A stretch of DNA of 64,000 nucleotides. It comes from Spirochaetia bacterium (GTDB lineage Bacteria > Spirochaetota > Spirochaetia > SZUA-6 > Fen-1364). Shown here piece by piece: positions 43,701 to 52,808 of the stretch; positions within the stretch are counted from its first letter, which is position 1; every line of letters begins with the position of its first letter. The notes under the pieces are model-generated. The model saw nothing but the letters and a program-made list of their open reading frames with translations, did no database searches and was not told the origin of the DNA. The stretch lies in contig JBEKQU010000011.1 in the NCBI GenBank assembly GCA_049519415.1, positions 7,538-71,537 of the forward strand. Reading direction: 5' to 3'. The position numbers and the translations under genes are program-made.

Positions 43701-46700
43701 CGGAAGGGGCGCCACCCTCCCCCGTGCGGTTGGAGATATTCACGCGCGGCCGGTTCCGAGACGGCAGGGCGGAGAGGCTCCTGCCCGGCCTCCGGCGGGA
43801 CATCTCCGCCGGCGTTACCGGCTGCGCCATCGTCGACGTCTTTCTGCTCAGCGGAATTCCCGGGCTTGATCCCGCAACCGCGGCCGAGGTCTTTTGCGAC
43901 GCGGTAGCTCAGGACATGGTCCTGGATGGTTTCGCGGCTGAAAAAGAGTTCAAGGGCAGGTGGGACTTTCTCATCGAGGTGGCAGCCAAGCCGGGCGTGA
44001 CGGATCCCGTGGCCCTCACCGCAAAGGAAGCGCTGCGCGTGTGCCGGACGGACGGACTGCCGGAAGGAGCCGTGGTGCAGACGGCGGTCCAGTACCTGGT
44101 GGCAGTCGATCCCTCGTTTTCCATTGATCTCGAGCAGCTCAGCCGATTTTTCCATAACCCTCTCATCCAGTCCGCAGCCTCCCTCACGGCTTCTCAGTGG
44201 GCAGCGGGACACCGGCCCGCCGCGCGCTACCCTTCAACCGTGGCAGGAAGCCCCTCAGCGGTCCAATGCATCGATCTGGCCGGACTGGGGGATGCTGAGC
44301 TGTCGGCGCTTTCTAAAAGCCGGCTCCTCGCGCTTTCTCGGGAAGAGATGAAGGCAGTGCAGCGCTATTTTTCCGATGAAAGGGTGACGGCGGCGCGGCA
44401 GTCGCGCGGGCTTTCGCGGGCGCCGACGGACGTTGAGCTGGAAATGATCGCCCAGACCTGGTCGGAGCACTGCAAGCACAAGATCTTCAACGCCTCCATC
44501 CGCTACCGGGAGGCCGGCCGCGAGCGCACCATCCACTCCCTGTTCCGCACGTACATCCGGGCCACGACGGAGGCGGTCGCCCGCAAGCGGCGGTTCCTCC
44601 GCTCGGTTTTCCACGACAACTCGGGGGTGATCGCTTTCGATCGGCACACCCTGGTGTGCTTCAAGGTAGAGACGCACAACTCCCCCTCAGCCCTCGATCC
44701 CTACGGCGGCTCTATCACGGGCATCGTGGGCGTGAACCGCGACATCATGGGAACGGGTCTGGGCGCAAAGCCCATCTTCAACACGGACGTGCTGTGCTTC
44801 GGATTTCCCGATACGCCCAGGTCGGAGGTTCCCGCGGGTCTCCTGCATCCCCGGCGCGTCCTGGAAGGGGTGCATCGGGGCATCGTGGACGGAGGCAACC
44901 AGTCCGGCATTCCCGTCGTGGCAGGCGCGCTCTTGTTCGACGAGAGCTTCCTGGGCAAACCGCTGGTCTTCTGCGGAACCGGCGGGCTCCTTCCTGCCCG
45001 GATCCGGGGCAGGGACGCATGCGAGAAGCGCGTTCTGCCGGGCGATCTGGCAGTGATGGCGGGCGGAAGGATCGGCAAGGACGGCATCCACGGCGCCACG
45101 TTCTCCTCTGAGGCGCTCAGTGAAAGCTCCCCCACCTCTGCCGTGCAGATCGGCGATCCCATCACCCAGAAGAAAATGCTCGACATGCTCCTGGAGGCCC
45201 GGGACCTCGGGCTGTACCGGGGGCTCACGGACAATGGCGCAGGCGGGCTCTCCTCATCCCTCGGAGAAATGGCCGGCCTGAGCGGCGGTGTGCGGATCGA
45301 TCTGAACAAATGCCCGCTAAAGTACCAGGGATTGGCGGCCTGGGAGATCCTGGTGTCCGAGTCCCAGGAACGGATGAGCCTGGCCGTGCCGGTGACGAGC
45401 CTCGGCGCCTTCCTCGACCTTGCGCGCCGCCGGGACGTGGAGGCCGCGGTTGTCGGGGAGTTTACCAGCACAGGGCTGGTGGAGGTGTTCGCGCACGGAG
45501 CGCTGGTGGGAATGCTGGACCTGGACTTCCTGCACAACGGGCTTCCCGTCATGGACCTGAGGGCTGAGTGGGACCACCCCCTTGCAGCGGCCATGCCGCA
45601 AGCTGTGCCGATAGCCGTGCCGCCCGCCGCGGCGCCGGCCGCGCCCGCGCTTGACCTTCACGCCGTGCTGCTGGACCTCATCGGGGATGCCAACGTGGCC
45701 TCACGGGAGGAGTGGGTCCGGCAGTACGACCACGAGGTGCAGGCCAGGTCCGTGATCAAGCCGTTCGTCGGCCGGCGCCGCGACGGGCCCTCGGACGGCG
45801 CCGTGCTGCGCGTGCGCCATGATTCCCAGCGCGGCATCACGGTCACGCACGGCATCTGCCCCCGGTACTCCGACCATGACACCTACGACATGGCCCAATG
45901 CGCCGTGGACGAAGCGGTGCGCGCGCATGTTGCCCTGGGCGGCGACCCCAGCCGGATGTCAGCCCTGGACAACTTCTGCTGGCCGGACCCCGTGGAGAGC
46001 GAGGACACGCCGGACGGGGCCTTCAAGCTGGCCCAGCTCGTGCGCGCGTGCCAGGGACTTTCCGACGCCTGCCGCACATATCAGCTTCCGCTCATCTCCG
46101 GCAAGGACTCCATGAAGAACGACGCGCGCGTCGGCGGGAAGAAGATCTCCATCAGGCCGACCCTGCTCGTTTCCCTTCTTGGCATCATCGAGGACGTGCG
46201 GAAAAGCATGACCACTGACCTGAAGGCTGACGGCGACCTGCTCTACGTGGTGGGAGAGACCAGGGGAGAATTGGGAGGCACGTGCTTTGAAAGGCTGGCG
46301 GGCGCCCCGCTCGGTCCCTGCCCATCGGTGAAGCCAGCAACCGCGTTTGCCTGCTACCGGAAACTGCATCGCGCTATAGCCCGCGGGCTTGTGCGTTCCT
46401 GCCATGACCTGTCGGATGCCGGGCTTTGGACCGCATTGGCGGAAAGCTCCCTCGGGGGCGACCTTGGCGCGCGAGTCTCGCTGGATGATCTGCCCGCCTC
46501 CCCCGGCTGCGGAGGAGAGACCGAGCGGCTGCTCTTTTCTGAGACCCCCTCCCGGTTCCTGGTGAGCGTGGCCCCTGCCGACCGCGCTCGATGGACGCGC
46601 GCCATGGCGGGAACGACCTTTGGCTGCATCGGCCACGTAACCCAGGAGACGCGCATCCATATCACCGCGAAAGGCCGGGAGATCACATCCATCGGCATCG

Positions 46701-46747
46701 ACGAAATTCGCGCCGCATGGTCGCGGCAGGGGAGGGCCGGGTCATGA
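43697..46747 (+). CDS. purL: Phosphoribosylformylglycinamidine synthase subunit PurL with fused PurS-like N-terminal region
   Basis: The FGAM synthase core (SEHCKHKIF, ETHNSPSALDPYGG, two AIR-synthase-like halves) is present. It is preceded by about 230 residues resembling the N-terminal/PurS-like domain of large PurL. There is no glutaminase domain. Confidence 0.85.
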   Translation: MTEGAPPSPVRLEIFTRGRFRDGRAERLLPGLRRDISAGVTGCAIVDVFLLSGIPGLDPATAAEVFCDAVAQDMVLDGFAAEKEFKGRWDFLIEVAAKPGVTDPVALTAKEALRVCRTDGLPEGAVVQTAVQYLVAVDPSFSIDLEQLSRFFHNPLIQSAASLTASQWAAGHRPAARYPSTVAGSPSAVQCIDLAGLGDAELSALSKSRLLALSREEMKAVQRYFSDERVTAARQSRGLSRAPTDVELEMIAQTWSEHCKHKIFNASIRYREAGRERTIHSLFRTYIRATTEAVARKRRFLRSVFHDNSGVIAFDRHTLVCFKVETHNSPSALDPYGGSITGIVGVNRDIMGTGLGAKPIFNTDVLCFGFPDTPRSEVPAGLLHPRRVLEGVHRGIVDGGNQSGIPVVAGALLFDESFLGKPLVFCGTGGLLPARIRGRDACEKRVLPGDLAVMAGGRIGKDGIHGATFSSEALSESSPTSAVQIGDPITQKKMLDMLLEARDLGLYRGLTDNGAGGLSSSLGEMAGLSGGVRIDLNKCPLKYQGLAAWEILVSESQERMSLAVPVTSLGAFLDLARRRDVEAAVVGEFTSTGLVEVFAHGALVGMLDLDFLHNGLPVMDLRAEWDHPLAAAMPQAVPIAVPPAAAPAAPALDLHAVLLDLIGDANVASREEWVRQYDHEVQARSVIKPFVGRRRDGPSDGAVLRVRHDSQRGITVTHGICPRYSDHDTYDMAQCAVDEAVRAHVALGGDPSRMSALDNFCWPDPVESEDTPDGAFKLAQLVRACQGLSDACRTYQLPLISGKDSMKNDARVGGKKISIRPTLLVSLLGIIEDVRKSMTTDLKADGDLLYVVGETRGELGGTCFERLAGAPLGPCPSVKPATAFACYRKLHRAIARGLVRSCHDLSDAGLWTALAESSLGGDLGARVSLDDLPASPGCGGETERLLFSETPSRFLVSVAPADRARWTRAMAGTTFGCIGHVTQETRIHITAKGREITSIGIDEIRAAWSRQGRAGS

Positions 46748-47517
46748 GCCGGCCGAAAGTCTGCGTGGTCACGGGCTTCGGGATAAATGCCGATGAAGAG
46801 CTTGCCCTGGCATTCGGCATGGCAGGCGCCGAGGCGTCACGCGTGCACGTGCGGGACCTCATTGCCCAGCCCGAGCTCCTGTCAGCGTACCGCATCATCG
46901 CTTTCCCCGGAGGGTTTTCCTTCGGCGATCACCTCGGATCAGGCAAGGTTTTTGCCACCCTGTTCCGCCGGAATCTCGGGGATGCCATGAAAGCGTTCGT
47001 GGCAGGGGGCGGGCTGGCCATCGGGATCTGCAATGGGTTTCAGGTGCTTGTGAAGATGGGCATCCTCCCCGATCTCTCCGGCGCCGGCGTGCAGGAGGTG
47101 TCGCTCATTCACAATGACTCGGGAAAGTTTGAGGACCGATGGGTCAGGGTCCATTCCGAAAAAGACAGCCGCTGCCTGTGGACGCGTAATCTTCCCGACA
47201 TGGACCTGCCGGTCCGTCACGGGGAAGGGAAGTTTGTCGCGCGCTCCGCGAAGACCCTTTCCGATCTGGCGGACCGGGGGCTCATCGCTCTGCGCTACAC
47301 CACACCGGACGGTAGTGAGCCGGCGTACCCCGCTGACCCAAACGGCTCCGAAGGCCACGTGGCGGGGATCTGCGATCGGACAGGGAGGGTGTTCGGGCTC
47401 ATGCCTCATCCGGAAGCCTTCATCTCCCCGCAGCATCATCCCAACTGGGCTGCCACAACCATCCCTGAGGGCGTAGGGCTGCGCATCTTTCTAAACGGCG
47501 TACGCGCCTGCCGCTGA
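46744..47517 (+). CDS. purQ: Phosphoribosylformylglycinamidine synthase glutaminase subunit PurQ
   Basis: The class I GATase motifs GICNGFQ (Cys) and MPHPE (His/Glu) are present. ATGA overlap with purL. Confidence 0.9.
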   Translation: MSRPKVCVVTGFGINADEELALAFGMAGAEASRVHVRDLIAQPELLSAYRIIAFPGGFSFGDHLGSGKVFATLFRRNLGDAMKAFVAGGGLAIGICNGFQVLVKMGILPDLSGAGVQEVSLIHNDSGKFEDRWVRVHSEKDSRCLWTRNLPDMDLPVRHGEGKFVARSAKTLSDLADRGLIALRYTTPDGSEPAYPADPNGSEGHVAGICDRTGRVFGLMPHPEAFISPQHHPNWAATTIPEGVGLRIFLNGVRACR

Positions 47518-47531
47518 TGCCGCGGCCCGCC

Positions 47532-47560
47532 TTGACACGTGGGGTGGGAGTTTTTAATAT
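47532..47560 (+). promoter_or_regulatory. Sigma70-like promoter of tRNA-Ala
   Basis: TTGACA-17 nt-TAATAT ends 13 nt before the tRNA 5' end. Confidence 0.6.
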
Positions 47561-47573
47561 ACTGACCGTTCCC

Positions 47574-47647
47574 GGGGGCGTAGCTCAGTTGGCTAGAGCG
47601 CTTGAATGGCATTCAAGAGGTCGTGGGTTCAATTCCCGTCGCCTCCA
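47574..47647 (+). tRNA. tRNA-Ala (anticodon GGC)
   Basis: A 74-nt cloverleaf folds by hand. The acceptor stem has the G3:U70 alanine identity pair. Anticodon stem CTTGA/TCAAG carries loop ATGGCAT. The T loop is TTCAATT. CCA is not encoded. Confidence 0.9.
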
Positions 47648-47668
47648 TACCCCGAACATCGTCCGGAT

Positions 47669-48748
47669 TCAGGGCCGCGGAAGCCTCTTCTCCACGGGCA
47701 GGAGAAGCGGAAACGCGCCGTGCGGCTCCGCCTGGTACCAGTAGGCGGTCGAAGAAAAATCGTGGCTCAGGCAGTTCGCCTCTCCGTGCTCGATGGTCAC
47801 CCGGATGGATTTTTCGAAAAAAATGGGATCCTCGATGTGGTAGCGGTACATCGAGTTCTTCCCTTTCCACGGCCACTCCTTTGTTCCTGAGTTCACCGTG
47901 AGCCCGTGGTACGGCGAGCAATACTCCTGGGTGGGGCTGAAGGCGGTGTTGAAATAGTCCTCGCTGCCCGTGCCGTACAGTCGGGGGAGGGGCTCTCCGT
48001 CAATGATGATCATGTCATCCCCCTCGCCCCACCAGTCGTTCTTGGCGGGGGCAAAGCAATCCACATCGAGGTGGCATCCAATGTAGTGTCCCCTTCCCTG
48101 CGCCTCCAGGATCACGTAGTTGCCGGCCGCGTCGAGGTTGGGCGTCCGCCATACCTTTTCCATGACTTCCTTGTGCTCCGCGAATCGCAGCGCGTCGTCG
48201 CCCCATCCCTCCGTGGGATTCTCCCTCCGCCATTGGGCGTGAAACCGGCCGTACTGCGGATCGAGGCGATCCATGCTCTCATAGTCGACGTAGAAATAGA
48301 GGTTCACCGGGCTCGCTGATTCATTGGCAACGGCCAGCCGGGCCCCGGCGCTGAACGGCATAGGGAACCAGCAGTTGAACGCGCGTCCATCCTGCGGGCT
48401 CATTTGCAGGGGCAGGGACCAGAAGTTCTTCATGATCCCATGGCCGATTCCGAAGAAATCGCCGATGGGGCATTCGACGCTGGGAGACCCTTCGCCATCC
48501 CACCACGCCCGGAAGACCAGCTTGCGGAGAAAGGCCTCCTCCGTTGACCACATTGTGGTCCAGATGTGCCGGATGCAGCCCGCTCCCTCAATTCTGGCAA
48601 TGGATGCGCTCATCCCCGGCTGGATCACCCACCAATCGTAGTTGCCGCCCTTCCTGTCGTAGCTGGAAAGCCTGTGCCTGCGCACCCCCTGGCGCAGACG
48701 CGCAAGGTCCGCCAGGGTGGAGAAACCTAGAGATGCGGTTCCCTTCAT
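47669..48748 (-). CDS. DUF2961 / glycoside hydrolase family 172-like protein
   Basis: N-terminal pattern SSYDRKGGNYDWW...IRHIWTT. The overall length and the C-terminal GTGSEDYFN pattern are typical of DUF2961. Confidence 0.7.
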   Translation of the reverse strand: MKGTASLGFSTLADLARLRQGVRRHRLSSYDRKGGNYDWWVIQPGMSASIARIEGAGCIRHIWTTMWSTEEAFLRKLVFRAWWDGEGSPSVECPIGDFFGIGHGIMKNFWSLPLQMSPQDGRAFNCWFPMPFSAGARLAVANESASPVNLYFYVDYESMDRLDPQYGRFHAQWRRENPTEGWGDDALRFAEHKEVMEKVWRTPNLDAAGNYVILEAQGRGHYIGCHLDVDCFAPAKNDWWGEGDDMIIIDGEPLPRLYGTGSEDYFNTAFSPTQEYCSPYHGLTVNSGTKEWPWKGKNSMYRYHIEDPIFFEKSIRVTIEHGEANCLSHDFSSTAYWYQAEPHGAFPLLLPVEKRLPRP

Positions 48749-48794
48749 GTGGTCTTCCTTTCTCTGCGACCTGATTGCACGCGGGGAGCGCGCA

Positions 48795-50342
48795 TCACGC
48801 CTTGAATACGTTGGCGCCCTTTTTCACGTCGAATGAATGCGCGCGCCCAGCGCGCGTCACGCGCAGGGAAAAGGGGCCGTCGGAATCGACGCGCAGCCTT
48901 CTCTCCCCCTTCCTCTGTCCGGCATCGGCAATGAGGGAGACCATGTGGCCGGCAAATCTGAAGTTGCGGCAACCGCAGGACCCATCGGATGCGATTCTCC
49001 AGTCCAGCCGGTTGTCAGCCGCCCAGGCGCGCAGGCCGACGGCGTATTCCAGCAGATACAGGATGGGCCCTATCCCGCTCCATCCCACGAAGTCCTTTCG
49101 CACCAGCTGTCCGGCAAACAGAGTGCCCGGTTCAGGTGCATCCGGCGCGTAGTTCTCCCAGATCGTTCCTGTCTTCTGGTAGACTCGAGCAACCAGATCG
49201 ACATGCTTCAGGGCGATCTCCCGAGCCAGGGCTTCTTCTCCGTATTTCTCCAGGCCCCGTACGATCATGGTGATGATCGGGGCCCACGTGGCGCCGCGCC
49301 AGTAACCGCCGTTGGACCTGTAGCCACGCTCGTCCGCCGCGCAGGTCGGCACGGGGTTCAGCCGGCCAAACGTCTTGGGGTTGCGGAGGTGGCCGATCAG
49401 AGAGCGCGCCTGCTCAGGGGAAGCCACGCCGGCAAGCAGTGACCAGTATGCGGCCACGGTTTTCACCGTGGTTTGGCGGCCTTCCAGCGTGAGATCGAAG
49501 TAAAATCCCTGCTTCTCATTCCACATGAGAGCGTTGATGAGCCCCGCCAGCTCTTCCGCCTGCGCCAGGAAGCCCGGCCCGGCATCGGGCTGTCCGATGA
49601 TTTGCGCGATCTCAGCAAGCTGCCGGGCAAAGAGCGCCATTTCACAGGAGATGTCGACCCCCGTGCCTCCCCCCTTCAGGAAGCGGTTGCGGGGCGAATT
49701 GTCCATGCTGGCCCAATCCGTCATGTACAGTCCGTTTCCCTGACGGAGGTATTTCTGCAGTGCGCGGTAATAGCGGACCAGGTGATCCCAGCAGGCTTTC
49801 AGACGCCCGGCGTCCGCGGTCCAGCGGTAATGCTCAAGCTCGGCCCAACACAGCAGGGGATGGTTCAGCGCGTCCAAAGTCAGCCGGGGATTCGGCCGCG
49901 GGATCTCCCGGCCCCGGTAGCGCACAGCGGTCCGCTTGAAAGCTCCTGGCATCCCCCATCCCCAACGGCTTTCGAGCGGCTTGTCCTCGGAGTTCCGCCA
50001 GGGCGCGAAATCTTCTCCCGTGGAACGATTTATTTCCCGGCAGATTTCCCCGTCCGAATGCTGCTTTGCATAGAAATTGTCCAGCGATGAAATGCCGGGC
50101 ACCAGGGGATGCGCAACGTTGCAGAACATGGTCATGAAGCAGGCATCCCACAGGAAGATGTTCTCGTTGAACGCGGCGTCAATGAAGGGAGAAACGAACC
50201 CGCTCCCCGGCGCGGGCTCGTGGAAGTTCCTGAAAGCGATCTCCCATGCCTTCCCGTACGTCTCTCTCCAAAGCGGCTCGCGCTCCAATACGGGAGCGGG
50301 CAGTTGATCCTTCAGCTCGCTGAGCTCCTTGAGCACCGACAT
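48795..50342 (-). CDS. (alpha/alpha)6 glycoside hydrolase, GH63/MGH1-like (trehalase-like fold)
   Basis: Start chosen at MSVLKEL. Motifs FLWDACFM, MDNSPR, GYWRGATWAP and IWENY fit the MGH1-like/GH63 family. Confidence 0.65.
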   Translation of the reverse strand: MSVLKELSELKDQLPAPVLEREPLWRETYGKAWEIAFRNFHEPAPGSGFVSPFIDAAFNENIFLWDACFMTMFCNVAHPLVPGISSLDNFYAKQHSDGEICREINRSTGEDFAPWRNSEDKPLESRWGWGMPGAFKRTAVRYRGREIPRPNPRLTLDALNHPLLCWAELEHYRWTADAGRLKACWDHLVRYYRALQKYLRQGNGLYMTDWASMDNSPRNRFLKGGGTGVDISCEMALFARQLAEIAQIIGQPDAGPGFLAQAEELAGLINALMWNEKQGFYFDLTLEGRQTTVKTVAAYWSLLAGVASPEQARSLIGHLRNPKTFGRLNPVPTCAADERGYRSNGGYWRGATWAPIITMIVRGLEKYGEEALAREIALKHVDLVARVYQKTGTIWENYAPDAPEPGTLFAGQLVRKDFVGWSGIGPILYLLEYAVGLRAWAADNRLDWRIASDGSCGCRNFRFAGHMVSLIADAGQRKGERRLRVDSDGPFSLRVTRAGRAHSFDVKKGANVFKA

Positions 50343-50482
50343 GATCGGCCATGATACAGCGCCGGCTTTTCCGCTGACAATAGCGGGGCGCGATTGACAT
50401 CCATGCTCTGACGTCCTATTTTTCCCAAAGCCGCTGCAAGACACGCGGGACGCGCGGTCATTGCAGCCGCGCGGAGCGTACA

Positions 50483-51520
50483 ATGGCGGAACCAGTTCGC
50501 ATTGCGATTGTCGGCATGGGCATTGGGAAGGACAATGGCCGGGGCTTCCTGGCCGATCCGAGGGCAAGGATTACGGCGTTGTGCGATCTGGATGAGTCGC
50601 GCATGAAAGGATTCGCGAAAGAGCTTCCCGAACCCGTGGCCCTCTTCACGGATTACAAGGCGCTGTGCGCCAGCAGGGAAATGGACGCGGTATTCGTTGG
50701 TCCGCCGAATCAGTGGCACGTCCCCATCGCCCTGGAAGCTGTTCGCAACGGGAAGCACGTCATGGTCACAAAGCCGCTCGCCGATTCTCTGGCGCCCGCC
50801 CGCAGGCTGGTGGAAGCCGCCGAAGCGTCCGGCGTGGTGAACATGATGTCCCTGTCAGCCCGGTTCTCCGATGAGGTGCGGCACCTCGGAATGCTTGGAT
50901 CTCAGGGGATGTTCGGCGACATCTACTACGCCCGCGCTCGGAGCGTCCGACGGAGCGGCATCCCCAATTGGAACCTGGGGTTCGTGCAGAAAGGGGGTGG
51001 CGCGTTCCGCGACATGGGAGTGCACGCGCTGGACGCCGCCTGGTGGCTGATGGGAATGCCGACGCCAAGACGCATCCTGGGGGCCGCAGGGGCGAGATTC
51101 GGACCGCGCGGCCGGGGGTATTGGGACTTTGCCGCGCCCCCGGAGGATTTCCCCCGCCAGTACGCAGAGGACGACTATGCCTGCGGCATGATCCTGTTCG
51201 ACGGCGGGAGCGCCCTCCAGGTGGAAAGCCATTGGGCCAGCCACCAGACGGAGGAGTTTTCCATCGAGCTTTTTGGCACCGAGGCGGGCGCGCGTCTGCA
51301 TCCTCTCACGGTGTTTCGCACGGAGAACGGCGCTCCCCAGGACATCGCTATCACGCCGCCCAAGGGGCGCGGCGTGTGGGAAAGGATTGCCTCCCATTTC
51401 ATCGACTGCGTCCGCGACGGAGTCCCCTGCCAGGCGCCGCTGCGCCACGGATTAATCGTGCAGGAAATGATGGAAGGACTGCTGCGAAGCGCGAAAAAAG
51501 GGGCTGAGGAAACCCTGTAG
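50483..51520 (+). CDS. Gfo/Idh/MocA family oxidoreductase
   Basis: The N-terminal Rossmann motif is IAIVGMGIGKDNG. The family-typical stretch is EAVRNGKHVMVTKPLA. Confidence 0.85.
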   Translation: MAEPVRIAIVGMGIGKDNGRGFLADPRARITALCDLDESRMKGFAKELPEPVALFTDYKALCASREMDAVFVGPPNQWHVPIALEAVRNGKHVMVTKPLADSLAPARRLVEAAEASGVVNMMSLSARFSDEVRHLGMLGSQGMFGDIYYARARSVRRSGIPNWNLGFVQKGGGAFRDMGVHALDAAWWLMGMPTPRRILGAAGARFGPRGRGYWDFAAPPEDFPRQYAEDDYACGMILFDGGSALQVESHWASHQTEEFSIELFGTEAGARLHPLTVFRTENGAPQDIAITPPKGRGVWERIASHFIDCVRDGVPCQAPLRHGLIVQEMMEGLLRSAKKGAEETL

Positions 51521-51581
51521 CAACGCCTGTGGAGCGACGCCTGTGCCGCGACGCCCCGGCGGAGGGGAAGAGGAGGTGGAG

Positions 51582-52721
51582 ATGAACGCAGCGTATCGCC
51601 TGGGCGTGATCGGTTTCGCCCACATGCATATCAACACTCTGATGGACGAATTCGCGAAGCTTCCCGGGGTGGAATGGGTGGCGTGCGCGGACACGACGCC
51701 CGCCGTTCCGTCGCTTTCGAGCAAGGAATCCACCCGTGCTTCAAACCTCCGCCGCGCCCGGGAGAAAATCGGGATTCCCAAGGTCCACGAGGACTACAGG
51801 GAGATGCTCGTGCGCCACAAGCTCGACATCGTCATCTTCTGTCCCGAGAACGCGCGGCACGGAGAGGTGGCCGAAGCCGTGGCTCAGGCGGGAGCGCACA
51901 TGGTCACAGAGAAACCCATGGCGTCCACCCTTTCCGAGGCCCTGCGCATGATCCGCGCGGCCCGGCGCCACAACGTGCGGCTGGCAATCAACTGGCCCAC
52001 CACCTGGTCTCCCGCCATCCGCACGATGAAGTCCCTGCTGGAGAAGGGAGTTGTCGGAGAGCCATGGGAGGTGAAGTGGCGCAACGGCGCTTCCATGGGT
52101 CCCCTGGCGTATGGGACTGGAGCGAACCTGGTCACGGACGCGGAGAAGGCGGCCGAATGGTGGCACCAGGAAAAGACGGGCGGCGGCGCTCTGCTCGACT
52201 ATTGCTGCTATGGGGCATGCCTGTCCCGCTGGTTCCTCGGCCAGCAGGCCGTGGCAGCCATTGGGATGAAGGCCAACCTCACCAGCCCGTATGGGGATGC
52301 TGAAGACAACGCAGTGGTGACGGTTCGATTCCCAAAAGCGCTTGCCATCCTGGAAGCGACATGGTCCACGTGGCACACGGCAGTTCCGATAGGTCCTGTC
52401 GTGTACTGCACCCGGGGAACGCTGGTCGTTGACCACCAGCAGAACAAAGCTACGGGTGTATCAGAGCAGGTGGTAAAGGTGTACTCCAGCCGGGGCTACG
52501 CTGGGGAGCCGGACGCGATTGTCCCGGGAGATCCCCTGCCCGCAGGCCGTTCAACAATCGCCGAGGAGTTCATCCATCACCTGAAGACCGGCGAGCCCCT
52601 GCATCCCACGCTCGATCCCGAGAGCAATCTCGAGGTCATGGCGATCCTTGATGCGGGGATCCGTTCGGCAGCCAGCGGCAAGCTCGAGCTGGTGAACGAT
52701 TCGCGCTGGAATATCGGGTAG
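51582..52721 (+). CDS. Gfo/Idh/MocA family oxidoreductase
   Basis: AGGAGG RBS. Motifs LGVIGFAHMH and AQAGAHMVTEKPMA are present. Confidence 0.85.
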   Translation: MNAAYRLGVIGFAHMHINTLMDEFAKLPGVEWVACADTTPAVPSLSSKESTRASNLRRAREKIGIPKVHEDYREMLVRHKLDIVIFCPENARHGEVAEAVAQAGAHMVTEKPMASTLSEALRMIRAARRHNVRLAINWPTTWSPAIRTMKSLLEKGVVGEPWEVKWRNGASMGPLAYGTGANLVTDAEKAAEWWHQEKTGGGALLDYCCYGACLSRWFLGQQAVAAIGMKANLTSPYGDAEDNAVVTVRFPKALAILEATWSTWHTAVPIGPVVYCTRGTLVVDHQQNKATGVSEQVVKVYSSRGYAGEPDAIVPGDPLPAGRSTIAEEFIHHLKTGEPLHPTLDPESNLEVMAILDAGIRSAASGKLELVNDSRWNIG

Positions 52722-52730
52722 GCCGGGTGC

Positions 52731-52756
52731 GGCTCTCCTACGCGCGGTGGAGAGCC
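52731..52756 (+). terminator. Hairpin after the oxidoreductase gene (no clear U tract)
   Basis: GGCTCTCC-10 nt-GGAGAGCC. Confidence 0.3.
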
Positions 52757-52759
52757 TCC

Positions 52760-52788
52760 TTGACTATCTCATCCGGCTGAAATAACAT
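52760..52788 (+). promoter_or_regulatory. Sigma70-like promoter of the 547-aa ORF
   Basis: TTGACT-17 nt-TAACAT; ATG 52809 begins 21 nt after the -10 element and no SD is present. Confidence 0.5.
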
Positions 52789-52808
52789 CTAGCCGCTGTA
52801 AATGCCCC

